64,000 bases of DNA. Source: Utricularia gibba (lineage: Eukaryota; Plantae; Magnoliophyta). The stretch spans positions 1,612,001 through 1,676,000 of the forward strand of contig NEEC01000007.1 in NCBI GenBank assembly GCA_002189035.1. The letters are read 5' to 3'. The notes beneath the pieces were generated by a model. That model searched no databases. It was not told where the DNA came from and was given only the letters and a program-made list of their open reading frames with translations. Position 1 is the stretch's first letter. Each line of letters starts with the position of its first letter. Positions 13,401 to 24,617 of the stretch are shown here, piece after piece. A program made the position numbers and the translations under genes.

Positions 13401-14494
13401 ACCCGGTAATCCCATCTGAAGGTGAGAGGTGCCTGAGAAAATAGGCTAGTTTTACATTGTCAGATGAACCAAGATTTAAAAAATGAAAGAAGATTCAAAT
13501 GGTAACCGACTTGGCAATGATGCAGCATCAGAAGGCTTGGAATTACTTCCTGAACGGCAATCACGATATTGATTATCCCTTTCAGTCTCATCATCAGATT
13601 CCAAAAATATCAAGCCAGTAGCCTCTGTTCAAAACATTTCTGTTGTAATAATGAGAGATATCTAAAGTAACAATCTGAAGGATAACAGGTACTTGATAAA
13701 CATATCATCAACTTTATGATGAAAAGCACGGGGAATATTTCAAATCTATAGCAAATAAATGCAGTCGCCATGTGTTATGTTAGTTTATCTGATAAAATAT
13801 AAATTGCAACAGGGAGGCACTTTCAGAGAGGCACAAACGCTTAACACAGAAACATAACCTCAACTAAAGTAATGCTGGCTAGCAATCACACTACCTACCA
13901 GAATTGTTGGCTGATGCCGTAGGCTTACCCATCCGGACACCCTGGTTGGACTTAGCACCTGAGACGTCTGACTCCATTGGTGTATCAGGAACAACTCGCT
14001 GCTCAATGGAAGCCGTTGCTTCAGTTAAAGAAACTGGAGACAGCAAAAATTGAAAAATCGATCATCAACAGGAACCACATGTATCCCCACTTGTCAAACC
14101 CTTGGATAAGTCAATTACTTCGTCAAATGAGTTCAGATCATACTCTCTGCAGAATCCGTGCACAAAGGAGAAGAATTAAATCACCTCCAGTACACTTGAC
14201 CAGAGAAGAATCCCATAACGGTGTCTCCGCAACGAATGAAGGCGTTGATGAAGATTTTCTCCCAGACGGCGTCGCATTCTCCGTGCAGTGATCCACTTCA
14301 TCATCGATAAAAACGAGCAATGAATCACTAGCGTCCGTATGCGTCCCAGTCCTTCGCTTCTTCTTCGTCTGAGGGACCGGTGGCGGCGTGACCAGATCTA
14401 TGGCTTGTCTAGAGACACCACGATCAATACAACCTCCATCTTCAGCCTCGCCATCGGAATCGGACGACAAATCGACGGGAAACGGTCCCGCCAT
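10479..14494 (-). CDS. EME1: Crossover junction endonuclease non-catalytic subunit EME1 (MUS81 partner), multi-exon
   Basis: Exons give EKAAELKKSEKEMQKWEKGKYALKSIVAEIDKKVVELGSVAG, HLLTRFSEKGLSYRITSNPIERTIVWSM, VDEAELAEHVVGLTCSLATC, LKALVAIPKVQPRFAVAIWKKYPTMKSLLSVYMDP and VHEKEFLLRDL. ATG at 14494 (the ORF-track start at 14518 is TTG); TGA at 10479-10481. Confidence 0.93.
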
Positions 14495-14561
14495 AGCATT
14501 CGTAGCCAGATCTCCCAAACGCTACCCCCGTGGAATCGAAGAGCTCACAACTCCTCTTCTG

Positions 14562-14572
14562 TTTTGGCGGGA
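14562..14572. promoter_or_regulatory. E2F-type site upstream of EME1 (second match at 14858-14868)
   Basis: TTTTGGCGGGA matches TTTSSCGS, 68 bp upstream of the ATG; TTTCCGCCAAA at 14858. Motif match only. Confidence 0.5.
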
Positions 14573-15112
14573 CTTGAAGAGAAAGAATCTTTAATATTAG
14601 CCGTGGCCTGTGGGAACGGGCCTTAGTTATGCAATTTTGGAGTTAGGCCCAATAAAAATATCCCCCATCTAAGTCCCGACAGGCGACATCGACCAATCCC
14701 AATACATAAGATGTCACTTAAATTTTTTTTAATAAATAAAATTATTATTACTATTATTATTATATATAACGGATCAAATGATACGCCGTCCCTAATTAAC
14801 TCCAAATTAATAGTACAATTCATAATTTTTTAATTGTTTAAAATATTATTATCAGATTTTCCGCCAAACTCATTTTCTTGACTATATCTTCACTGGATAG
14901 TAAACAGGAATAGTATGAATCTCATTAATCCATAATATTATTTTAAAATATATTTCTAATAATATATTATTAGAAGTATGCTTTTAACATAATTAATTAA
15001 ATAAAATATATTAGAATTTCTAATTCTATTACAAAAAAATTGTAGGAAAAGGATTATACTAATATATAAACTATTAATATATATATATATATATATAATA
15101 TTTAGAAAAAGT

Positions 15113-15545
15113 TTATATTAGAAAGTAATGATTATATCTTTTATTACTAATTATCATCTTCGCTGTCTTCCTTGGCTCCGCCACGGCGGGGCCTATATGG
15201 ATGATTTCGGTCTTGTAAACACTCTGGAGTTGCATCACCACCCTGGGACGTCTATGTATCCGACCAGTGTCAGCAGCTGGGTTCTCAGATCAGAGTGGAT
15301 GGTTGCCACACCTTTTTTCCACATGAATTCATTGTTACGCTTCAACTCTCACATTAATCAGTACGGACTAAGGAAATAGAGATACCCAGAATATCAGCAA
15401 TAGCGTCCAAACAGTTCTTCTTGATTCTGTCATTAGTCATCCTAGGAATCTTGACTATTAGTTTCTGCAAAACATGATCATTTGTTAAAATATTCGTAAT
15501 AATAATAGTGGTAAATAATAGTAACGAGTAAGTAACCGTGGCCAT
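15113..15545 (-). pseudogene. HMA-domain (HPP/HIPP39-like) copy A, frameshifted in exon 3
   Basis: MAT|KLIVKIPRMTNDRIKKNCLDAIADILG|GVATIHSDLRTQLLTLVGYIDVPG, then a missing G (C3 run at 15241-15243) gives TGA at 15235-15237. The shifted frame continues VVMQLQSVYKTEIIHIGPA. Confidence 0.7.
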
Positions 15546-16303
15546 TTGGAAGAAAGTGTTCAGAGGGAATGGGAATCAGAATTATGGGTTGAAACTTGGA
15601 GATGTTGCCTCTGTATTTAAGTAAATGAAAAGTGTGTAATTGTTGAAATTTGATCGATTGAATTTTAGATTTTGAAAATATTATGATCTATTATTTTGAA
15701 AATATATTACATTATTTTTTGTATTTCATTTAACTTTAATTCGAAATCTGAAATTTAAAATTTTACCAAATTTCGAATTGCCACTATTTTACGTGGAATA
15801 GGGTCAAAATTTGATAGCAGTTTAATATTATGATTTTCATATGAAATTAGATTCGATTCAACTCAAAATTCATAGATAAATATATTATTTATTCTTAAAA
15901 TATAATTATAAATTAAAAGTTCATTGAAATTTGTATCTTCGGAGGGGCTCCAACACTTTATGCACGTAGCATGCCACGCTAACCTACTATGATTATGGAA
16001 GGGTCAAATTAAAATATTTTAAAATAATTAATGAATATATTGATTATTATTAATAATTAATTTTTTAAGAAATAAGGTAAGATCAGGATCCTACCTAATC
16101 CCAACTACATTTCGTCACTGGAATACCATTCCCAATTTCATATGTATAAAGGATCAAAATGGGACACCACCTTACCCCCTAATTTTCTTTTTTTTTAATT
16201 AATTAAATAATTAAAAATTATATGATTTTTAATTATATATATATATATAGATATATATATGTTATATAATAATTAATAAAAATCTCAAAAGTATTATAGT
16301 AAA

Positions 16304-17122
16304 CTAGAGTCCACTAGTTCCCGGCTTCTCTTCTTCCTTGACTTTTTCTTTCTTCTTTTCCTTGGTCTCTTCCTTCTTTTCCACCTCGGTGGTGCCGATG
16401 TATATGGTTTCGAACTTCACAACCTTCTCTAGCATCAGCAACACCGTCACCGTATGCATGCTTCCGACCACCGTCATCTGCTGGGTGCCCATATCACACG
16501 TGATGAAATCCAACCTTTTTTCCACATGAGTTCATGTTAGGATTTAATCCTTGTATTAATCATGATTAATTAATACAAACTAGATTAATGAAAATTACCC
16601 ATAACTTCACCAATAGCCTTGCTGGCTTTCTGCCTGATTTTGTCATTAGTCATCTTGGGAATCTTGACTACCACTTTCTTTAAATAACATGAAATCTCGA
16701 GTATAATCAATCAATCTCCGAAATTTAATGTATTGAAATAATTAATGTCTCATCGTTTATATTTTTAGAAGTATTTTGATCTATTAATATTTAAACATGA
16801 GACATAGTTATTCAAAAATTAGGTAGGATTAACTAAAGAGAAACTTAACCCCAATTTTTAAATAATTAAGAACTAATAATGTCAATTATTTCAAATACGG
16901 GAAGATGATTTATATTAAAATTGAAAATACTAAGTTATTGAGAATCAATTTTTTAAATAAATATCAAAATTTTACCATTATTTTTGAAATAGTATAAATT
17001 AATTACATGAAATTTTTAACACAATAAAAGAATATAAAATTTATAAATAATGATGATTAGTGAGGTTAGTCACACTAATCATAATAATAGTGATAATAAT
17101 AGTAATGAGTAACCTGAGCCAT
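16304..17122 (-). pseudogene. HMA-domain (HPP/HIPP39-like) copy B, frameshifted at the start of exon 3
   Basis: MAQ|KVVVKIPKMTNDKIRQKASKAIGEVMG|. Exon 3 starts GT-TG-GAT where copy A has GT-GTG-GCA. The downstream frame LDFITCDMGTQQMTVVG..EKKEE aligns with the intact HIPP at 44.7 kb. No CaaX motif. Confidence 0.65.
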
Positions 17123-17858
17123 GTGGAGAGCGAGCTGCAAAGCAAATACAAATCCAAGGGATGAAAGTGTTTATAAGGAATGTGAATCGCGATTGTGGAC
17201 TATAGGCTTCCAACTGTCGCATTTATATATAATTTAAATACGCAAAAAGTTTGTATTGTTTCAAGAAAATCAAAGCTTTAAATTTGATCAACTAAATTAC
17301 GGATTTTTATTATAATTCGTGATTTTTTTTCTTTGTTAATCTTATGATTTCTTATTTTGATAATATATTATATTATTTTTATGTTTAGTCTTTAAATTTA
17401 ATTTTTTTTCCAATTTTCAGAATTCCACTATGTTACGTGGAATGGCGATTGATTCTATATGAATATTGACAAAATCTGGTAGTATTTTAAAATTGTGATA
17501 TATTCGACTTAATTTAAATTAATTAATAAATTTTTTAAAACAATAATATTATTTCATAAAAATATAACTAAATGTATTAAATATAATTTAATATATTTCA
17601 ATTTGATAATTAAATTAAAACATAAAGTTAACTCATTTTTAAAAGATTGATTTTTGGTCCGCTTTGGGGGCCAAAATTTTTCTGTTTTTTTTTTTTTTGG
17701 GTGCCGGCTGTAGTTTTCCCGGGCTGTTGTAATACCTCCGGCGGCTTTGGGGGGCTTAAGAGCATTTCCAACGGTTGCACACCTGAGCATTCTTCAAGCG
17801 TTCCCGGCTGTGCTTCGAATCAACTGTTGCCGCCGGGGATATCGTTCCGACTGTTGTG

Positions 17859-20800
17859 ATGGTGTCGTCGCATGGGATTGCGCTGGCTGCCCATTTGATC
17901 TCTTCCTTCTATGGAGACCTATGCGCAGTTAATAATCTCAGTTTCCTTCGCAAGATTATGTTTTGATGCTGATTAGTTTAAGAGTTCATTGTTTCCTATG
18001 GTGCAGAAAGTATGCGAATGCTTGATTCGACGAGGACCCCTAACCCTACAGGATATCATCCGATTCACCGAACTTAGAAAGGAGAATGTTGTGAATTGCT
18101 TACGCGTTCTGATCCATCAAAACTGTGTGCAAGCGTTCACGATACCAGACGAAGGTTTGATTTTGTAATACTATAACCGTAACTTGGATGATATTTTACG
18201 ATTTGGAAAGTAGATGGCTTGCACACAAAATTTTGGTATGAAAGGTGGTGGCTTTCTTATTATTACTTGATGACATTTAACTTCATAGATAACGAAATAG
18301 GACGTAGTAATTGTAAGTAATGTGATTTCAGGTACTTTTGGGAAGGAACCACGGCTTTTTACACAATACATGGCATTGTTTGACTTGATTGTGCACAAGT
18401 TGAGACTCTCAAAATTTATGCAAATTGTGTCACAGGAGTTTGACAAAGAGACACGTGTAAGTTTCCTTTTTTTTCTTCTTTTTGATGTCCTACAGCTGGC
18501 TTCTTTGGTACTTACCTTTCTTTTTGCCTAGTGTTTAGAAATATTTCGAGGTTTGCTTGAACATGGGAGGCTCTCAGTCAATCAGATGATCGATAGAAGT
18601 GCTCAGATGGAAGGTAATTTACTTCTCAGATGCGTTTTTGTTGTTTTATCAATGGAAGTAAATGTGGTGGAATTTCTCTTATTATGCTAAATTATTAATT
18701 TTTCTTCATGTACCACATGCAGTATGGCCGTTTCTTCTCGTCAATTGGAATATGAATGAATATATTATCTTCTGATGCACATTTTCTGGCATTTCAATAT
18801 AATAGTACCAGTATTCCAGATAAAGATAGCTGACCTATATGGCTTACCAATTTCTAGTCGTTTACTGAGATACAGTGTGTTATGCATTGCCTTGGATGTT
18901 TTTGTCCTAACATTGTTTTTCAACTTTGATTGTTTAGGTGGTTCTGATGTTCGTCTTATTCGTGAAGATATCAGTAAACTTGTGGATGCAAGACTCATTG
19001 AACGGTGTCCTGCCCCTGATCCATTTCTTGCACCACCTTCAGAAGAAGAAGTGGCTCCAAAAAAACGGGGTGGCAAGGCAGCCAAGGTGGTGACCTACTT
19101 ATCCAATTGTCACTTTCAGGAAGCAAAAATATTTGCTGAACATACTTCATATGGTTCTCAATGAATTTTAGATATGCCCAATTGTATTGTTTTTAGATCT
19201 TCTGTTGAGGGGAATAAAAAAAATTTCAGAAAAAAAATACCATGAATGTTCGGTGAAAAATTTGTTCTGGATGTTATTCCAGGGATTCTTTTTCAGATTG
19301 TTGCCTTGATGCAGTTATAACGGAATCTCTGTATTATATTTCTTGTGTTATTGTCAGATAGTTCAACCACAATTGACCACAGAACAACGTGCTGTGGCTG
19401 CAGCTGGTCCAGTGGAATCACTCAGATTCTTGCTTGAATTTGATGATTTCAGTGAGGAGGGCGCTCAGGAAACCGCTAACAAGTTGACAGTAGGAAAGAA
19501 GGTCCGGACATTTTCTTTCTTAGAATGACATTTTTTTCTGCTGTTAATTACTGGTTGAAGCTAATCCCATTAGTTATTTTGCATGCAAAGCTATTATTTC
19601 GTGTACTGATCAACTAATTTGTTGGCGGATTCAACAGCGGAAGCATGATGATCTGATGTCTGATGAAGACGTATTAGACAACATCAGAAAAAAAGAAGTT
19701 CTTTGGCGTGTAAACTCTCAAGAACTTGTGCTACGCCTGAGAAACAAGGTTTGCGTTATGTTGCAAAGTCTCTCACCCTATCCTTGGCTAGCTTGCTTTT
19801 ATTGTTACATGTTCTATCTCCATTTCAAGTATGATTTGCATGTTTCTCATTTTTTTCCAGGCATGCATTTCATACATAACAAGGACTTATGATAGCATTG
19901 CTGGTGTTGTGCTTCGTGCAATTTTCAAGTTAACGGATATTGGGTTGAAGGCTGGAAAATCTGGTAATAATCTCCTCTTCAAGTTAGGTTTCTTTTTGCA
20001 CATGTGTTAGTACTATGATCCATCTCAACAATGAACCCAAATAAAAAGTTGTATGGTAGGTATCATATATTATCATGTCTATATGGCCACTATTCTGACT
20101 CAAATAATTGTTTTCAGCTTTTCTGAGCATAGATGCAATAAACACGGAGGTTACTAAAACAGATAGCAGTCTTAACATGGACCGTGTCAGAGCTTCACTT
20201 GGGCAGCTTGGGTTTAGAGCTGTTGAATTCGATAATGAGAGTTACATTATTGGTACAAACAATCATTTCTTTACATAATGTTATAATGAATCGATTGGGG
20301 CAGATCCCAATAGGCACACATTGTGCAACATACTATCATTAACTGCTTTTTTTTTGGATACAGATCTGAAGCCCCTAATTGAAATGGCTCAAGATGAAGA
20401 GGTTCGTGCAGTTTTTGTTTTTCTTTTTACTCAGCAAGCTTATACTGCATTCTTTTTGTGTGCTTCCATTACTAACCACAGTAAACTTTAGGTAGAAGCC
20501 GTGGTGCTTCGAAGGCATGGGAAGGATGCATACAGGATTTTCCGGTACTTATCCAAGGCTAATCGCTATCTTGGCACTGACACGGTACCTCTACTTCACT
20601 ATTTTTGAGGAAGTTTCCGGCATTATGATTTGTTGCATGGAGGACAATGTGGTTTAGTAAAGTAGCTTGCCATTGCCAAAGATATTAGAGCCGGAAAAAA
20701 AAATGCAGCTTTTCTCTTTCTTAGATTGCGGAAGCCAACACTACTAGTCCTGACTCAGCAGACACAGTAAAGATCCTGAACAACCTTTGGAAGGATGAGT

Positions 20801-21441
20801 ACGTAGATATGGAGGTAACTTCCATCTTCCTTCAAAGCTTTTCATCTAGTGAATTTCTGATCAGGCAGATAGCTGTCAACTAAGCTGTCTGAATGCTTCC
20901 ATCCAAAGGCGTCCTCAGTTTGTTCCCAGGCTTCATTCCAGCCTCTGTAGAAGCACCCCAAATATTTTTTGCCTCATTCCCATGACTTAGATATGGTTTT
21001 CATAACTATTCCAGAGAGTGGCAACAAGTGGAGGAGCCCGGCAATCCATCAACATGCTTTGGAAAGTCAACAAGCAGCATCTTCGTGAACAAGTTCTTGA
21101 TGAAATGTACCATGCTGCTTTAAACCTGAGACTGAGAATCGCACATGAGCTGGATCAGGGAAAAGAGGTACTTTCAAATGAACTCACCACTTCCCTTATC
21201 AGAGTTACAAGTTCATCTCCATATCCAAATGTTATTTCGTCACGTAGGCATGAGCACACCAATGAACCTTCCATGTAAACCTGTCTGTGTATGCCAGATT
21301 GCGCAGCTGCCCAAAGACAAACGCATCGGGGACCTGGGCAAGAAGTACGAGCGATTGCGCAAAGTGAGAGCCATCTTGGAAAATTCCTTGCTGGGTCTGG
21401 ATGACTCCATCTTGCTGTTTCATGATTTTTACGTACAATAG
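17859..21441 (+). CDS. NRPC3: DNA-directed RNA polymerase III subunit RPC3 (C82/RPC62), multi-exon
   Basis: MVSSHGIALAAHLISSFYGDLCA|KVCECLIRRGPLTL..CLRVLIHQNCVQAF, LIERCPAPDPFL, EVLWRVN, EMYHAALNLRLR and C-terminal LDDSILLFHDF. Consistent GT-AG exons. Confidence 0.9.
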
Positions 21442-22230
21442 TACAAATCTGCCCTCTTTTAAGCTTATTGATGAAACCAAGCTTGTTCCTAGGAGGGGAT
21501 GAGATTTTTTTTATTTTTTTAATGTGAAGGGATCCGAAAAACACAAAAAAAAAAAAGAAGAGATTTTTGTTTTTTCTGTAAAGCATTAATCCAAATGCGA
21601 AAAAAAAAAGATGCAGAATGATTGTTCTAGAAGCTTTTCTCCGTACATATTATCGTGATTACTTAAAGTATATTGTGGGGAATAAAAAGTTTATTTTTAA
21701 AAAAAGGAATAAACTTGGAAGTATATAACGAACCAGCCAAGGCGGCTAATTTTTTGTGCGGATTTCCTGCTCCAGTTTCCCGCTACTGCACAGCCCCTTT
21801 GCAAGTTGCAGGAAAGCAGATCCAGAATTGCGGCTGCCGGAGATTTGCCTCGTCCGCTGGTCAGTTACACCAGGGCATATTTTTTACTTATGATCAAATG
21901 AATGCTGGAGCGTTTTTCTTTTCCGATTGGCGGCCAGGAGTCGGTCGGTTTTATTGTTCAGCATTGCTTTGTTTTCATCGCTCGCACGCCCTAATTGATT
22001 TGGCGTGTCCAAATGCAATACCATTTGCTTGCAATTTCATCATCTTTTCGGAAATTTCAGTTTCTGCCACGTGTTAGCTATTGGAAATTGGGTTCTCCCC
22101 CAAACCGTTGCCACGCGTCATTTCTCGAAGTTATTGATCTTCACTAGTGATGGCTATTGGGTTCTTCCCTCTTGCATTTCTTCCCACTTTTTTCAAAATT
22201 AAACTGGTTTTCTTTTTGTAGATAATCAAC

Positions 22231-23918
22231 ATGGAGTCGAAGGGGCGTCAAAAAAGAAAGAAATCACAAGTTACCGATGACCAAGATTCTTGTGTGGATT
22301 CTGCACCAAAATCTTCAAATTTGAAAGGTTTGTTGACATCTAGAAGTCACATATTAACTGTATGCATCAAAGTGGTGTATTAAATTTGTGAAGATACTTT
22401 TCTTTTCCTTTTTCCTTGACGGTGCATATATTACTGCCTATTTCAGTGCCTGTAAGGAGACCACCATTGGTTCTTGAGAGTCAGTTGGAGATTCCTTCTA
22501 CCAAGATTAAACTTCAGCTTTTCCCGTTAAATGATCTTATACAGGTTGGATTAGAGAAGGTAAGAAAATATTTCCTGTAGTTTTTCCCACCTCCCGCGGA
22601 ACACAATACATTCTTTTTTGAAAGATGTCCTTTTTTGTTGTTTCAGGAAGGATACAATCCATATTTGGAGCTCACCCTAAGTGCTCGAAAAAGGATATCA
22701 TCCGTGGTTAAACATGTTAACAGTAAATGGCAAGGTTCAAGTGTGGCAAAGGGGCAACTCATGCTTTTCCCATACGATATAAAGTTGGAAGACCTACATT
22801 CATGCACAAGATGGACTTCATCTGACACCATAATCACTGCGTGGGAGGTTTATGCTGAGATCGGAAGTCCTAGTATTTTCCGGTTAAGGTCTCTAGTCTG
22901 TTGTGTGTTATTCTCAGCTTTTGCGACTAGTCTAAAATCCAATTAGTGCTTCGTAGGTACGGGTGGCAATCAAGTATCGAGCATGAAGCATGTGGTTCCC
23001 TTACTCAAGCCAATGCAATCAATCCGCAATATTTTGCTGATGTCAGGAGGACAGGCTGCAGCAAAGTGATGGAGATGTCAAAACCTCAAGATGAGGGTTG
23101 TGAACCCATTATAAAGCATACCGGTTCCGATGAAGCTTCAAATGCCAATGGAGCAAGGGCTTTGGGCATGTCTTACATAAATGTGGTAAATTTTGGTTTT
23201 TCTTTGTAGATGTAGCTGTTTCCTTGTGGTCTACATTTTATACGCTTATTAGGTGATTGAAGCATTGCATGTAAAGTTTGTATTTGGTTAAACAGACACT
23301 GTTGGACAAGATGTCGCTTCTTAGCTGTGGTTTTTTTGTTTGTTTGTTTTTCTTGGTTAGGAAAAGAGGAATGACGTAGCCCCAGGACAGACGTCTGTTC
23401 TACGGGATGAGAGTTTTGCTGAGAAGAGTATTAATAATAATCAGTCAGATCCCAGCAGCGCACCTGGTGAGCAGCCAATAGGCTTGACATCAGACGTGAG
23501 CATTGGCGGGTTTTTTCGATCTCTAATGAGTAAGAAGATTAGTGATCCACCGGAGATGGAATCCTCCCCGCAAACCATCATCTTGGTTCCCAGTGATATA
23601 AGCGTTGGAGGATTGCTTTCAGAAGTATCTTTACTCTCCGACACCAAACTGAGAGAAGGTAGACGTGTTGGCCAGGCGTGGGACAATGATAATCCAACCG
23701 CCTGCTTGTTGTCCGAGGACGTGGGTTGCGGCAACAACAATGAAAGCAAACCCACCCCGCACCTGCAGAATGGTCATCCTGTCCTTTTATCCGACTCACT
23801 GGATAATCTTGTGGCCACCCATATGAAGAACGAGTCACTTCCCCAAGCAAGCCATATGATGTCTATTTTGGATGCCGAGGACACTTGCCATCCCTTTCCT
23901 GTCCATCGAGTTTGCTAA
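22231..23918 (+). CDS. TSL-kinase interacting protein 1-like (type without the N-terminal SANT domain)
   Basis: KIKLQLFPL..GLEK|EGYNPYLELTLSARKRISSVVKHVNSKW..LMLFPY, GSPSIFRLR|YGW, DISVGGLLSEVS and SILDAEDTCHPF motifs. Confidence 0.75.
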
Positions 23919-24617
23919 AGCAGGCTTCCTATTGGGATGCCTTTCTGTTGACATTGATTTTCATTGTATTGGTAGAGTGATGCACCTTTTGACAGTTTGA
24001 GCCACTCCAAACTCCTGCAAATGCAATGGAAGTAAAAGAAAAGGTAATTTAGCTCTGGATTTGGACTGCTTATCTATTATAAATAAGCAGGCACTCTCCT
24101 CCTCTTAAGCTATGGCTTGCTACCACCAGGTGGTCCGTCGTAAGGCTTCGGTGGCACATGAAGAATATTAAGGATGATGGCACATCACCCTCCTCTGTGT
24201 GTTCAACATGGACAAAAATGGAATGAACGCACTGGCCACAGGAGATTCAGAAAGGTACGTAAACTGTGAAATATGAAAAAGGCGGTCAAATTCCCTGTGG
24301 CAGTCGCGGAAGCTTCGCCCAACTCGTCAAGTTGAAATTTCAACTTTGTAGTGGGGGATGAGAACGCAATCTTCATTTGAAACCAACATGATGATGATCA
24401 CGGATGCGCAGCCTCTGCTCTTTCCAGCTTTGAATCAAAGTTCAAAACCGTAATGCCGCACATAATATGATAGTATAAAAGGCCCTCCATTGCAGAGCCT
24501 TGGGAAGCTCTGTGCATGACCTGCTTTCTTTCATTTGCTCCTTTTAGGATCTAACCAAAGCCCAGGTGATTTGTTGTAGAACCGTAAAAGGTAACATTTC
24601 AGTAGCTTGTTCGATTT

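Noticed and set aside
22231-23918. Missing SANT/Myb domain in the TKI1-like gene
   Set aside because: A SANT-less TKI1 paralog class already exists in other angiosperms, as I recall.
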